Assembly: GCF_003018255.1 (NCBI RefSeq)
Contig: NZ_CP027440.1
Source of the DNA: Escherichia coli
GTDB lineage: Bacteria > Pseudomonadota > Gammaproteobacteria > Enterobacterales > Enterobacteriaceae
Direction: 5' to 3' (one strand)
Length of the DNA: 64,000 nucleotides
Shown here: one piece after another, positions 41,225 through 54,477 of the stretch
How the letters are laid out: every line of letters starts with the position of its first letter
Numbering within the stretch: the stretch's first letter is position 1
Translations under genes and position numbers: made by a program
Notes under the pieces: model-generated
Seen by the model: the letters and a program-made list of their open reading frames with translations, nothing else
Databases searched by the model: none
Told to the model about the DNA's origin: nothing

Positions 41225-42325
41225 TCACTGTTTCTCGGTAATATCTTTGGCGTTGTACTGGAAGTACCGCGTCAAAATGTCCAGTTCGTTTTCGCTCATG
41301 CTGGTTCGCGCACCCATTCCTTTGGCAATGGACGGCCATGTATTGACGGTGTAATGGTCGGCGGCAATAGGGGCATGGCAGCCAGCGCAATAGGTATCGT
41401 CAAGTTTTTCAGCGTATTGCCATAGCGGTTTACGGTCCGCTAATGCGGGATCGATAAGCGCCCCCTGCAAAGACGCCTGACGCCATTGATTGCCGTATTC
41501 GTCAGCCTGCCATTCCCCGTTTACCGTTAGCGCCTTGATACCTTCTTCACTTAATGTGGCGAGCGCCAGCCGTTGACCTGCCGCCAGGTAGAGCGTGTTT
41601 TCACTGCCCTGCATTTGATAACCCTGCAACAGAACGATCGGCTGTTTGCCACTGGCATCAACGACGGTGAGATCGGTACCAGGATTCACGGTAGCCAGTT
41701 CGCCTATGCGAGAAGTTTTGAAAGGATAAATATGTGCGCCATTAGTAACTGAAGTAGCGGCCTGACTTTCCAGCTCATGCGCCGCGTTGTCATCCATTTT
41801 TATTTCTGGCGGAAAATGGGCAATGCCTTTATGGCAATCGATACAGGTTTCGCCGTCCTTTTGCGCTTTATTATGCATTTTCTGCGCAGATTCACTTTGC
41901 GAGGCAATATCCATGGCATCAAAAGAATGGCAACTACGGCAGGTTGCAGAGTCAGTGGCTTTTAATTCTTTCCATACTGTTTCGGCCATTTCCTGGCGAT
42001 GAGCTTCGAACTTATCATCACTGTCTATTTTGCCGCTAACAAATTCATGATAAATATCTTTAGATGCTTTTAATTTAGCAAATAAATAATCCATCCCTGA
42101 CTTTGGAATATGGCAATCGGCACATTCCGCACGTATCCCTTTCTGGTTTGAAAAGTGGACAGTTCCCTGATATTCCTCAAAAGGTTTACTCATCGAGTGG
42201 CAGGAAAGGCAAAATGCGGTATCCGACGTTTTATGTAAGGCTTTTTGCGCCAGTAATAACCCGCCGCCACCAACCACAACCGCTATCAGCAAAAACAATA
42301 ACCCAATGCGTTTTTTCCCTCGCAT
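41225..42325 (-). CDS. torY: Membrane-anchored pentahaem c-type cytochrome (NapC/NirT family)
   Basis: 366 aa with multiple CxxCH haem-binding motifs (CLSCH, CADCH, CRSCH, CIDCH, CAGCH). Confidence 0.9.
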   Translation of the reverse strand: MRGKKRIGLLFLLIAVVVGGGGLLLAQKALHKTSDTAFCLSCHSMSKPFEEYQGTVHFSNQKGIRAECADCHIPKSGMDYLFAKLKASKDIYHEFVSGKIDSDDKFEAHRQEMAETVWKELKATDSATCRSCHSFDAMDIASQSESAQKMHNKAQKDGETCIDCHKGIAHFPPEIKMDDNAAHELESQAATSVTNGAHIYPFKTSRIGELATVNPGTDLTVVDASGKQPIVLLQGYQMQGSENTLYLAAGQRLALATLSEEGIKALTVNGEWQADEYGNQWRQASLQGALIDPALADRKPLWQYAEKLDDTYCAGCHAPIAADHYTVNTWPSIAKGMGARTSMSENELDILTRYFQYNAKDITEKQ

Positions 42326-42632
42326 AGATTCCTCTAATTAAATTCCAGGACACCGATACCATTGTATAAATAAATACACAACGAATTGACTACTTGCTTA
42401 ATTCGGCACAACACTGCCTGAAATAATCGATAAAGAATATGATTTATTACAATGTAATCATTAATTGCTAAGGAATAACCCAGTTGTTATTTAGAATATA
42501 TATTTGTCAGTTTTGTCAATTTAAATCACATAATGAATGTGAATATATAAAATATTTTTAGCACAACGCTATGCGCACTGTCACCCGCTCAACAGATCAC
42601 GGCAATCGTTCGTTTTTTATACTGCTCAGAGA

Positions 42633-43468
<836 letters not shown>

Positions 43469-43472
43469 TTAA

Positions 43473-44039
43473 TTACGCCGACTGCTCGCTGGCAACGATC
43501 TCTTCAATGGACCACGGATGAAATTTAATGGTCGTTTTGCCATCGGTGACCGCCAGCGTCGGATTCGGTAATCGCTCATGCTCACCTTTTGGCGAACTGG
43601 TTTTAACTGAGATCCCCGGCAGGCTGAGTCCTTCATCAGAAAGCAATGCCAGCGCACGGGCATTCAGCGTTTCTGGATCGCCCGGCAGAACGATTTCAAT
43701 ATGTTCCCAACCTTCGTGCGGGTAACGTTTTTCCCCGGGCCACGGTAGCTCCACAATGGAAAACTGCCAGTGAGCAACCTGTACCGGTTCATGCAATTTA
43801 AACAGACAAATCGGCCTGCCATTGATCATATTTTCTGACAAAAGCTCGCCGCACTGTTCAAACCCGCGACGCCAGCGCTCAGCAGTGGCGTTTTGATGGC
43901 AACGCAAGGAAATGTGATCGGCAGTCAGCGGAGTGATATCCAACCCCAGACGGCGGGAAAGTTCATCTAATGCGTGGGTAAATCGCGGTAAATCCGATGC
44001 AATATCCTGCAACTCGTTGATAGATTGCCAGTTCGCCAT
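43473..44039 (-). CDS. yecM: Uncharacterised glyoxalase-fold protein YecM
   Basis: 188 aa from MANWQSINELQDIASDLPRF; the ORF track has a 2-codon extension. Confidence 0.8.
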   Translation of the reverse strand: MANWQSINELQDIASDLPRFTHALDELSRRLGLDITPLTADHISLRCHQNATAERWRRGFEQCGELLSENMINGRPICLFKLHEPVQVAHWQFSIVELPWPGEKRYPHEGWEHIEIVLPGDPETLNARALALLSDEGLSLPGISVKTSSPKGEHERLPNPTLAVTDGKTTIKFHPWSIEEIVASEQSA

Positions 44040-44254
44040 AATCACTCTTCGTCGTTCAATAAAAGCGTTAATTTACCCTGTTGCCCTGCGCCAACCAACC
44101 GCTGATTGCACGCCGCTTCTGATGCAATAGTGAAAACGGCAATACGCCACGCGCACGTTGCTGACGAAAACAGCCATTTGCAGTATACTCCCGCCCTAAT
44201 TTCTTTAACTGGTGCGGGCAAATTTTGCTCGCTTCATCAATGTAAGGTATTCCG

Positions 44255-45988
44255 GTGAATATTCAGGCTCTTCTCTCAGAAAAAGTCCGTCAGGCCATGA
44301 TTGCGGCAGGCGCGCCTGCGGATTGCGAACCGCAGGTTCGTCAGTCAGCAAAAGTTCAGTTCGGCGACTATCAGGCTAACGGCATGATGGCAGTTGCTAA
44401 AAAACTGGGTATGGCACCGCGACAATTAGCAGAGCAGGTGCTGACTCATCTGGATCTTAACGGTATCGCCAGCAAAGTTGAGATCGCGGGTCCTGGCTTT
44501 ATCAACATTTTCCTTGATCCGGCATTCCTGGCTGAACATGTTCAGCAGGCGCTGGCGTCCGATCGTCTCGGTGTTGCTACGCCAGAAAAACAGACCATTG
44601 TGGTTGACTACTCTGCGCCAAACGTGGCGAAAGAGATGCACGTTGGTCACCTGCGCTCTACCATTATTGGTGACGCAGCAGTTCGTACTCTGGAGTTCCT
44701 CGGTCACAAAGTGATTCGCGCAAACCACGTCGGCGACTGGGGCACTCAGTTCGGTATGCTGATTGCATGGCTGGAAAAGCAGCAGCAGGAAAACGCTGGT
44801 GAAATGGAGCTGGCTGACCTTGAAGGTTTCTACCGCGATGCGAAAAAGCATTACGACGAAGATGAAGAGTTTGCCGAGCGTGCACGTAACTACGTGGTAA
44901 AACTGCAAAGCGGTGACGAATATTTCCGCGAGATGTGGCGCAAACTGGTCGACATCACCATGACGCAGAACCAGATCACCTACGATCGTCTCAACGTGAC
45001 GCTGACCCGTGATGACGTGATGGGTGAAAGCCTCTACAACCCAATGCTGCCGGGTATCGTGGCGGACCTGAAAGCCAAAGGTCTGGCGGTAGAAAGTGAA
45101 GGCGCGACCGTCGTATTCCTTGATGAGTTCAAAAACAAGGAAGGCGAACCGATGGGCGTGATCATTCAGAAGAAAGATGGTGGCTATCTCTACACCACCA
45201 CTGATATCGCCTGTGCGAAATATCGTTATGAAACACTGCATGCCGATCGCGTGCTGTATTACATCGACTCCCGTCAGCATCAACACCTGATGCAGGCGTG
45301 GGCTATCGTCCGTAAAGCAGGCTATGTACCGGAATCCGTACCGCTGGAACACCACATGTTCGGCATGATGCTGGGCAAAGACGGCAAACCGTTCAAAACC
45401 CGCGCGGGTGGTACAGTGAAACTGGCCGATCTGCTGGATGAAGCCCTGGAACGTGCACGCCGTCTGGTGGCAGAAAAGAACCCGGATATGCCAGCCGACG
45501 AGCTGGAAAAACTGGCTAACGCGGTTGGTATTGGTGCGGTGAAATATGCGGATCTCTCCAAAAACCGCACCACGGACTACATCTTCGACTGGGACAACAT
45601 GCTGGCGTTTGAGGGTAATACCGCGCCATACATGCAGTATGCATACACGCGTGTATTGTCCGTGTTCCGTAAAGCAGAAATTGACGAAGAGCAACTGGCT
45701 GCAGCTCCGGTTATCATCCGTGAAGATCGTGAAGCGCAACTGGCAGCTCGCCTGCTGCAGTTTGAAGAAACCCTCACCGTGGTTGCCCGTGAAGGCACGC
45801 CGCATGTAATGTGTGCTTACCTGTACGATCTGGCCGGTCTGTTCTCTGGTTTCTACGAGCACTGCCCGATCCTCAGCGCAGAAAACGAAGAAGTGCGTAA
45901 CAGCCGTCTGAAACTGGCACAACTGACGGCGAAGACGCTGAAACTGGGTCTGGATACGCTGGGTATTGAGACAGTAGAGCGTATGTAA
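44255..45988 (+). CDS. argS: Arginine--tRNA ligase
   Basis: 577 aa [21 protein letters not shown]... with the class I HVGH motif ([13 protein letters not shown]). Confidence 0.95.
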   Translation: MNIQALLSEKVRQAMIAAGAPADCEPQVRQSAKVQFGDYQANGMMAVAKKLGMAPRQLAEQVLTHLDLNGIASKVEIAGPGFINIFLDPAFLAEHVQQALASDRLGVATPEKQTIVVDYSAPNVAKEMHVGHLRSTIIGDAAVRTLEFLGHKVIRANHVGDWGTQFGMLIAWLEKQQQENAGEMELADLEGFYRDAKKHYDEDEEFAERARNYVVKLQSGDEYFREMWRKLVDITMTQNQITYDRLNVTLTRDDVMGESLYNPMLPGIVADLKAKGLAVESEGATVVFLDEFKNKEGEPMGVIIQKKDGGYLYTTTDIACAKYRYETLHADRVLYYIDSRQHQHLMQAWAIVRKAGYVPESVPLEHHMFGMMLGKDGKPFKTRAGGTVKLADLLDEALERARRLVAEKNPDMPADELEKLANAVGIGAVKYADLSKNRTTDYIFDWDNMLAFEGNTAPYMQYAYTRVLSVFRKAEIDEEQLAAAPVIIREDREAQLAARLLQFEETLTVVAREGTPHVMCAYLYDLAGLFSGFYEHCPILSAENEEVRNSRLKLAQLTAKTLKLGLDTLGIETVERM

Positions 45989-46002
45989 TCGCGTTATACG
46001 GC

Positions 46003-46036
46003 AAAAGCCGATGTCATGGCAGACATCGGCTTTTTT
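46003..46036. terminator. Bidirectional intrinsic terminator between convergent argS and flhE
   Basis: AAAAGCCGATGTCATGGCAGACATCGGCTTTTTT, a perfect hairpin flanked by A and T runs. Confidence 0.6.
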
Positions 46037-46040
46037 ATCA

Positions 46041-46433
46041 TTAACGATAATTCACAATCACTTCATTCCGTTGTACCTTTAGCGGCGGAATTAACCGCCC
46101 ACCGCCAGACACTTCCCAGATAAATCGCAACGGTTCTATCGCCGGTATACCGGAAAAGGCCACGGTGGTTCCACTCTGCCCTTCTAATTCGACACAACGA
46201 GATTGTGAACACAAGCGAACCCGCAGTCCTGCAGGTGTCGGGCCGATAAGCTGATAACGCCACGCCACCAGCGTCATCAATCCTGCAGCAGGTTGTCGAG
46301 TAGAAAGAGGCGCTGACGACATCGACTCACCACGGTGATTCAGCGTAACGCCCACACTACTCGCCTGCCACATCCCCTCCCCCGCGGCTTGCACCAGCAG
46401 CGGAAACAATAATATTGCTAATAAGGTTCTCAT
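46041..46433 (-). CDS. flhE: Flagellar protein FlhE
   Basis: 130 aa from MRTLLAILLFPLLVQA (signal peptide); its start overlaps the flhA stop. Confidence 0.85.
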   Translation of the reverse strand: MRTLLAILLFPLLVQAAGEGMWQASSVGVTLNHRGESMSSAPLSTRQPAAGLMTLVAWRYQLIGPTPAGLRVRLCSQSRCVELEGQSGTTVAFSGIPAIEPLRFIWEVSGGGRLIPPLKVQRNEVIVNYR

Positions 46434-48511
46434 CATTTACCGCCAATTGTCGCCGTCATGCGGATATGTCGGTTATCAGATAGTTCCAGATTCGACAGCA
46501 CCACTAACTGCGGCAGGCTGCGGCGCAGGAAACGAGACAATAATGGTCGCAGCGCGTGGTTCACCAACAATACAGACGGCGCACCCAACATCTCCTGACG
46601 GGATAGCGCTTCCTGAGTTTGCGCCAGCAAACGATCCGCCAGCCCTGGCTCCAGTCCGCCCCCACCCTGCAACGCCTGTAGTAACAAACGTTCCAGCGGC
46701 GTATCAAGGCCAATAACATGGACTTCATCTTTGCCAGGAAACCACTGCTGGGTAATCGCCCGTCCCAACGCCACGCGCACGACGGCGGTTAATTCATGTG
46801 GATCGCTCTGAATGGGCGCATGTTCTGCCAGCGTTTCGAGAATGGTGCGCATATCGCGAATCGGCACTTTTTCATCGAGCAGATTTTGCAGCACTTTATG
46901 CAGTGTGGTGAGCGTGACGACGCCAGGAACGAGATCTTCCGTCAGCTTTGGCATCTCCTGGGCGACGCGATCCAGCAACTGTTGCGCCTCCTGACGACCA
47001 AACAGCTCTGCGGCATGCTGGCTAATGAGGTGGTTAAGATGCGTTGCCACCACCGTGCTGGCCTCAACCACGGTGTACCCCTGAATCTGCGCCTGTTCTT
47101 TAAGCGCACTTTCAATCCAGATAGCATTCAGGCCAAACGCCGGATCGACGGTCGCCTCACCAGGTAACGTCCCGGCAGCGGTACCAGGGTTAATCGCCAA
47201 CCAACGCCCCGGATAAGCATCACCACTGCCTATCTCCACGCCTTTCATCAAAATGCGATAGCGGGCAGGTTGCAGATCCATATTGTCGCGAATGTGCACC
47301 ACCGGCGGCAGAAACCCCATCTCCTGGGCAAATTTCTTGCGAATACTGCGTATACGGCCCAGCAACTCACCATCCTGCTGGAAATCGACCATCGGGATCA
47401 GGCGATAACCCACTTCCATTCCCAGAGAATCTTCCAGTTGTACATCGTTCCACGTTGCTTCGATTACCGAATTATTCTCTGCCATTTTTACCGGTTTTGG
47501 TTCGGCAGGCGCTTTTTGTTCACGTCCGCGGATCCACCAGGCCAGTCCCAGCAATCCGGCAGTGAACAGCAAAAATACCAGGTTCGGCATTCCAGGCACC
47601 AGGCCGAGTAAACCGAGCACGGCGGCGCTTAACAACATAACGCTTGGGTTACTGAAAAGCTGATTCACCATCTGCTCGCCAACATCCTGATCGGTGCTGA
47701 CACGCGTAACGATGACCCCGGCGGCGGTAGAAATCACCAGCGCCGGAATTTGTGCCACAAGACCGTCGCCAATGGTCAATAGCGTATAACTTTCCGCCGC
47801 GTGTCCCATGCTCATGCCATGTTGCAGCACGCCGACCAGCAACCCGCCGACAACGTTAATGACCATGATGAGGATCCCGGCGATGGCATCGCCGCGGACA
47901 AACTTACTTGCCCCGTCCATTGAGCCGTAAAAATCGGCTTCCTGAGTCACTTCGGAGCGGCGTTTTTTCGCCTCATCTTCACCAATCAATCCGGCGTTAA
48001 GGTCGGCGTCAACCGCCATCTGCTTACCCGGCATACCATCGAGAACAAAGCGCGCGCCCACTTCCGCAATACGCCCGGCACCTTTGGTGATAACCATAAA
48101 GTTGATGATCACGAGAATGACGAACACCACGATACCGATAGCGAAATTGCCACCAACGAGGAAGTGACCGAACGCTTCGACCACCTTTCCAGCCGCCGCC
48201 GCGCCGGTATGCCCTTCCATCAAAATGATACGGGTTGAAGCCACATTAAGTGCCAGACGCAACAACGTGGTAAACAACAGAATCGTCGGAAACGCAGCAA
48301 ACTCAAGCGTGCGTTGGGTAAACATCGCCACCAGCAACACCATGATCGACAAGGCAATATTGAAGGTAAACAGCAGGTCGAGTATGAATGCGGGCAGTGG
48401 CAGTACCATCATCGACAAGATCAACAGGATCAAAATCGGTCCGGCAAGGATCTGCCAGTGTGTCGATTTCAGGTTTGCGGGCAGGCGCAGCATCGCGGCC
48501 AGATTACTCAT
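46433..48511 (-). CDS. flhA: Flagellar export apparatus protein FlhA
   Basis: 692 aa from MSNLAAMLRLPANLKSTHWQILAGPILILL; the ORF track has a 25-codon extension. Confidence 0.95.
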   Translation of the reverse strand: MSNLAAMLRLPANLKSTHWQILAGPILILLILSMMVLPLPAFILDLLFTFNIALSIMVLLVAMFTQRTLEFAAFPTILLFTTLLRLALNVASTRIILMEGHTGAAAAGKVVEAFGHFLVGGNFAIGIVVFVILVIINFMVITKGAGRIAEVGARFVLDGMPGKQMAVDADLNAGLIGEDEAKKRRSEVTQEADFYGSMDGASKFVRGDAIAGILIMVINVVGGLLVGVLQHGMSMGHAAESYTLLTIGDGLVAQIPALVISTAAGVIVTRVSTDQDVGEQMVNQLFSNPSVMLLSAAVLGLLGLVPGMPNLVFLLFTAGLLGLAWWIRGREQKAPAEPKPVKMAENNSVIEATWNDVQLEDSLGMEVGYRLIPMVDFQQDGELLGRIRSIRKKFAQEMGFLPPVVHIRDNMDLQPARYRILMKGVEIGSGDAYPGRWLAINPGTAAGTLPGEATVDPAFGLNAIWIESALKEQAQIQGYTVVEASTVVATHLNHLISQHAAELFGRQEAQQLLDRVAQEMPKLTEDLVPGVVTLTTLHKVLQNLLDEKVPIRDMRTILETLAEHAPIQSDPHELTAVVRVALGRAITQQWFPGKDEVHVIGLDTPLERLLLQALQGGGGLEPGLADRLLAQTQEALSRQEMLGAPSVLLVNHALRPLLSRFLRRSLPQLVVLSNLELSDNRHIRMTATIGGK

Positions 48512-49652
48512 GGGTCGGTTTCTCGTTAATAAAATCCAGGGCTTCCGGCACCGGAAGATGAGTAGGTTGTACAGGGCGCTGTCCACCAGCCAGACGCCAG
48601 CGTTTCAGTTGCCAGACCCAGGCCAGCACTTCCGCCACCGCGGCGTACAGTTGACCCGGGATTTGTTGACCGATCTCCGCATGTCGATACAGCGCACGCG
48701 CCAGCGGCGGCGCTTCAAGCGTCGGGACGTTATTTTCAGCGCCAATTTCACGAATGCGCAGCGCGACCAGCCCTGCACCTTTAGCGACCACTTTCGGTGC
48801 GCTCATTTTGTTTTCGTCATACTGCAAAGCCACTGAGTAGTGAGTTGGGTTATTGACGATAACGTCCGCTTTCGGCACATCGGCCATCATCCGCCGCCGC
48901 GCCGCAGCTCGCTGCATCTGACGGATTCGCCCTTTGACATGAGGGTCGCCTTCGCTTTGTTTGAACTCATCACGAATATCCTGCCGTGACATACGCAGCT
49001 TTTTCAGGTGGCTGAAGATTTGGAAAAAGACGTCAAATCCCACCATCGGAATGACACCAAGCACCACCAGCAATGCGCACAGCCCTACCAGATCCATCGC
49101 ATTACCCATGGCGGTAATGGGGGACTCCGCCATTAAGCGCATCATTTGCGGCCAGTGGTGCCAGAGATAAAACCCCGTCACACTGCCGACCAGGATGGAT
49201 TTCAAAATCGCTTTAAGCAACTCCGCACCGGTTTGTGCCGAAAACATCCGTTTAATGCCCGGTAGCGGGTTGAGTTTGGAAAACTTCGGCTGCAAGGATT
49301 TGCCGCTAAATACCAGGCCACCCAACATAACCGGAGAAATAAGCGCCACCAGCACCACACCGCTAATCAGCGGCAGCAGCGCCAGCATGGCTTCTCTGAT
49401 CAGCAGAATAATTTGCCCGAGGATCAGATTCGGGTCATTGATAATACTGTGATCAAAATGCAGCCCAGCGGAGAGCATGCCCGACAATCGACGGGCCAGC
49501 GACACACCGCCAAACCAGATAACACACACGCCCACTAACAAAATCAGCAGTGACGTTAATTCACGTGAACGCGGGATTTGCCCCTCTTCCCGCGCTTTTT
49601 CTAGTCGGTGAGGTGTGGGGGCTTCTGTTTTGTCGTCGCTCTCGTCAGACAC
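48504..49652 (-). CDS. flhB: Flagellar export apparatus substrate-specificity switch FlhB
   Basis: 382 aa with the NPTH autocleavage motif (VIVNNPTHYSVAL). Confidence 0.95.
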   Translation of the reverse strand: MSDESDDKTEAPTPHRLEKAREEGQIPRSRELTSLLILLVGVCVIWFGGVSLARRLSGMLSAGLHFDHSIINDPNLILGQIILLIREAMLALLPLISGVVLVALISPVMLGGLVFSGKSLQPKFSKLNPLPGIKRMFSAQTGAELLKAILKSILVGSVTGFYLWHHWPQMMRLMAESPITAMGNAMDLVGLCALLVVLGVIPMVGFDVFFQIFSHLKKLRMSRQDIRDEFKQSEGDPHVKGRIRQMQRAAARRRMMADVPKADVIVNNPTHYSVALQYDENKMSAPKVVAKGAGLVALRIREIGAENNVPTLEAPPLARALYRHAEIGQQIPGQLYAAVAEVLAWVWQLKRWRLAGGQRPVQPTHLPVPEALDFINEKPTHE

Positions 49653-49782
49653 GTCGCCAATCCTGGAAAGAGTATTAAGCGTAAATGATGCCAGAGCGCA
49701 AAGCGTTCAATGGTTTGAGTAAGGGGCAAAACAGGCGGGATTTAGGGCTTTTACTGCCACACATCAAGCATAGTATGCGTTT

Positions 49783-49835
49783 GTCGGATGCGGCGTCATC
49801 GCCTGATATGACGTGGTCACGCCACATCAGGCAAT
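49783..49835. repeat. REP element between flhB and cheZ
   Basis: TTGTCGGATGCGGCGTCATCGCCTGATATGACG...CACATCAGGCAA, a REP-like palindromic unit. Confidence 0.55.
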
Positions 49836-49840
49836 ACAAA

Positions 49841-50485
49841 TCAAAATCCAAGACTATCCAACAAATCGTCCACCTGATCCTGACTGGCTACCACACCGGC
49901 TTTGCTGGTATCGACCTGAGGTCCATTAAGCAAACTCTGGTTTTCACGTTTTGGACGCGACTCCTGTTCCGGGATGTTTTCCAACAGCACCATCAACAAC
50001 TGGCGTTCGATCTCCTGAATGACATCCATCATCCGCTTAATAACCTGCCCGGTGAGATCCTGAAAATCCTGCGCCATCATGATTTCCAGCAGTTGCGCGT
50101 TAGTAAAGCTGGTATGCGCGGGGACATCTGCCAGAAATTGCCGCGTATCTGTTACCAGTTCTCGGGCGTCGGCAAGGTCAATCGGATCGGCAAACCAGTC
50201 ATCCCAACGTTGGGTTAACGCTTTTGCTGATTTCTCCATTTGATCCTGATGCGGTTGTGACGCCTCAACACTGTTCAGCGCCCGCTCCGCAGCCTGGGCG
50301 GTCATCTGCACAACATAGTACAAACGATCGCGCGCATCGGGGATGGCTTCCGCCGCTTCGGCAATGGCCTGATCCAGCCCCAGTTCCCGCAAACTGTCGC
50401 GCAGCATACGCGTCAGGCTGCCGATGCGCGCAATGATATCGCCAGCTGAATGCTCGTCAGCAGGTTTGATTGATGGTTGCATCAT
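49841..50485 (-). CDS. cheZ: CheY-P phosphatase CheZ
   Basis: 214 aa from [32 protein letters not shown]. Confidence 0.9.
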
Positions 50486-50495
50486 AGTCGCATCC

Positions 50496-51949
<1,454 letters not shown>

Positions 51950-51951
51950 CG

Positions 51952-52812
51952 TTAATCCTTACTTAGCGCATACACCGTCTGACCACGCAGCGTGAAGCGG
52001 CGCTCAAGGTGGCTAAAGTTTTCAGAGTGACCCGCAAACAGCAATCCGTCGGGTTTAAGGAGCGGAACAAAGCGGCGCAAAATCTCCTGCTGGGTAGTTT
52101 GATCGAAGTAGATCATGACGTTACGACAGAAGATCGCATCAAACGGCCCCGGCACGGTGTACTGTTTCGCCAGTAAATTCAGCGGGGCAAAATCAACATA
52201 GTTCGCCAGCTCCTGACGCACGCGTACCAGCCCTTCATGCGGTCCCGTCCCTCGCATGAAATACCGTTGCAGTTGCTGCGGCGTCAGGTTTTTCAACTCT
52301 TCATGGCGATAAATACCGCTTCTGGCTTTTTCCAGCACTTCGGTGTCGATATCGCTGGCAAACACTTTCCAGCGTCCGGGCACGGTGCCCAATGTGTCAG
52401 CCAGCGTCATCGCAATGCTGTACGGCTCTTCGCCGGTCGAAGCCGCCGCGCTCCATACGCGATACTCGCCAGAACGGCGACGTGCGTGATCCGCGAGCAG
52501 AGGAAAATGATGCGCCTCACGGAAAAATGCCGTCAGATTCGTGGTCAGCGAATTGATAAACGCCTGCCACTCACCGCTGTGCAGATTAGATTCCAGCAAG
52601 TTCAGGTAATGACCGAAATCCGTCAGTCCCAGCGAACGCAAACGACGAACCAGTCGGTTGTAAACCATGTCGCGTTTATGGTCGGCCAGGACGATCCCGG
52701 CTCGTTGATAGATCAATTGACTTATCCGCCGAAAATGCGCGTCGGAAAGCGCCAGGCGCTCGGTCATCTGTAACAATAAAGACGTTTGCCCACAGGGCAG
52801 AGATGAAGTCAT
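51952..52812 (-). CDS. cheR: Chemotaxis receptor methyltransferase CheR
   Basis: 286 aa. Matches CheR. Confidence 0.95.
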   Translation of the reverse strand: MTSSLPCGQTSLLLQMTERLALSDAHFRRISQLIYQRAGIVLADHKRDMVYNRLVRRLRSLGLTDFGHYLNLLESNLHSGEWQAFINSLTTNLTAFFREAHHFPLLADHARRRSGEYRVWSAAASTGEEPYSIAMTLADTLGTVPGRWKVFASDIDTEVLEKARSGIYRHEELKNLTPQQLQRYFMRGTGPHEGLVRVRQELANYVDFAPLNLLAKQYTVPGPFDAIFCRNVMIYFDQTTQQEILRRFVPLLKPDGLLFAGHSENFSHLERRFTLRGQTVYALSKD

Positions 52813-52830
52813 AGCGCCTTCTCAATCACT

Positions 52831-54432
52831 TCAGGATACCACTGGCGCAATTTGTAACTGCGCCGACTCATGTCGTGCTACTTCATGCTCTTCAAGGGTA
52901 AATACCGCCACGCGCGACGAAAGATGGTCGGCCTGATTCGCCAGTTGTTCTGTTGCCACCGCCGCTTCTTCTACCAGGGAGGCGTTCTGCTGTGTCACCT
53001 GATCCATCTGGCTGACAGCCTGTGCAACCTGCTCAATCCCCCGCCGTTGTTCTTCCGAGGCCGAAGCAATTTCTCCCATAATGTCGTTCACGCGGGTCAC
53101 CGAACTGACAATATCAGTCATGGTCGCGGCGGCGTTATTCACCAGTTTCGAACCCTGCTGGACACGATTGACTGACTCTTCGATCAGCCCTTTGATCTCT
53201 TTTGCTGCCTGGGCGCTACGGCTGGCAAGATTGCGCACTTCACCTGCCACTACCGCAAAACCACGCCCCTGCTCTCCGGCGCGAGCCGCTTCCACTGCCG
53301 CATTCAGGGCCAGAATATTGGTCTGGAAAGCAATGCCGTCGATAACGCTGATAATGTCGCCAATTTTTTGCGAGCTGGTAGCGATCTCCTGCATGGTGTG
53401 AGTCATGGTACTGACCTGAACACCGCCCGCCTGCGCCGTTGTCGCGGCATTTTTTGCCAGTTCCGACGCCTGTCGTGCGTTATCGGCGTTTTGCCCTACC
53501 GTGGCGGTTAATTGCTCCATACTGGCGGCCGTTTGTGCCAGCGATGCCGCCTGCTGTTCGGTGCGACTTGAGAGATCGTTATTGCCTGCGACAATCTCCG
53601 CGATACCAATGTGCATCTCCTGGCTTCCCTTACGCACATCACTTACCGTCCCACGCAAAGCCTGCTGCATGGTCTTCAGGCTGGCAAAAATGGCGGTGAT
53701 CTCATTGCGACCATACACCGCAATCGGACGTGCCAGATTACCCGCAGCAATGCTGTCAAAATGGCTACCGATAATGGCCAGTGGTTGAACAATCATCTTG
53801 CGCGTCCACCACAGCGCACTGCTGATGTAGATCGCCGCAACAATAATCATGCTGATAAACACCAGCGCCGAAATGTGATAGTTACGCTGGCTTTGCGCAC
53901 TGGCACTTTCCAGCACATGGTTGATCTCCAGCTGCCAGGCCTCAAAGTTAACGTCAAACGCATTCTGTGATTCCTGCACCGGCGCAGTGAGGAAATCCGA
54001 AAGTTGATTACTTTCAAGCCAGGTCGCCTGATGTTCGAGATCGTTGTGCCAGCGGGCAAAACTTTTCTCCGTCTCTTTTTGCAACGCCCTGACGTGCTCG
54101 TTGCCCGCAGTCATCGCCATAAAACTTTTAAACAGCGTGGTGGATTGCGTCAGACTGGCGCGCGCCGTCGTCATCAACGTTTTAATGTCATCCGCCGGAT
54201 AGCTAAGCGCCGTCAGAGTGCCCGCTTTGTTCAGCGCGGTACTGGCCTGTAACATTACCGCCCGAGTTTGCGCTAATGCCGCACGTTGCTGATTGCTCTG
54301 CTCGACCTGATTCAGTCGTTGCAAATCGTCGCGAAATGCCCAAAAAGACATGCCGTTACTGCCAATCTGCAAGATCCCGCAGAGAATCAAAATTAAAAAC
54401 AGCGTGGTCGAAATTCGAATACGATTAAACAT
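52831..54432 (-). CDS. tap: Methyl-accepting chemotaxis protein IV (dipeptide / pyrimidine sensor)
   Basis: 533 aa from MFNRIRISTTLFLILILCG; MCP signalling domain; position downstream of tar. Confidence 0.9.
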   Translation of the reverse strand: MFNRIRISTTLFLILILCGILQIGSNGMSFWAFRDDLQRLNQVEQSNQQRAALAQTRAVMLQASTALNKAGTLTALSYPADDIKTLMTTARASLTQSTTLFKSFMAMTAGNEHVRALQKETEKSFARWHNDLEHQATWLESNQLSDFLTAPVQESQNAFDVNFEAWQLEINHVLESASAQSQRNYHISALVFISMIIVAAIYISSALWWTRKMIVQPLAIIGSHFDSIAAGNLARPIAVYGRNEITAIFASLKTMQQALRGTVSDVRKGSQEMHIGIAEIVAGNNDLSSRTEQQAASLAQTAASMEQLTATVGQNADNARQASELAKNAATTAQAGGVQVSTMTHTMQEIATSSQKIGDIISVIDGIAFQTNILALNAAVEAARAGEQGRGFAVVAGEVRNLASRSAQAAKEIKGLIEESVNRVQQGSKLVNNAAATMTDIVSSVTRVNDIMGEIASASEEQRRGIEQVAQAVSQMDQVTQQNASLVEEAAVATEQLANQADHLSSRVAVFTLEEHEVARHESAQLQIAPVVS

Positions 54433-54477
54433 CAACGCTCCCCATCAGGCGGCAATGACCGCGTTAGTAAATACTCG

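Noticed and set aside
44426-45922. 498-aa minus-strand ORF
   Set aside because: Entirely antisense to argS; no start context and no recognisable motifs. Frame artefact.
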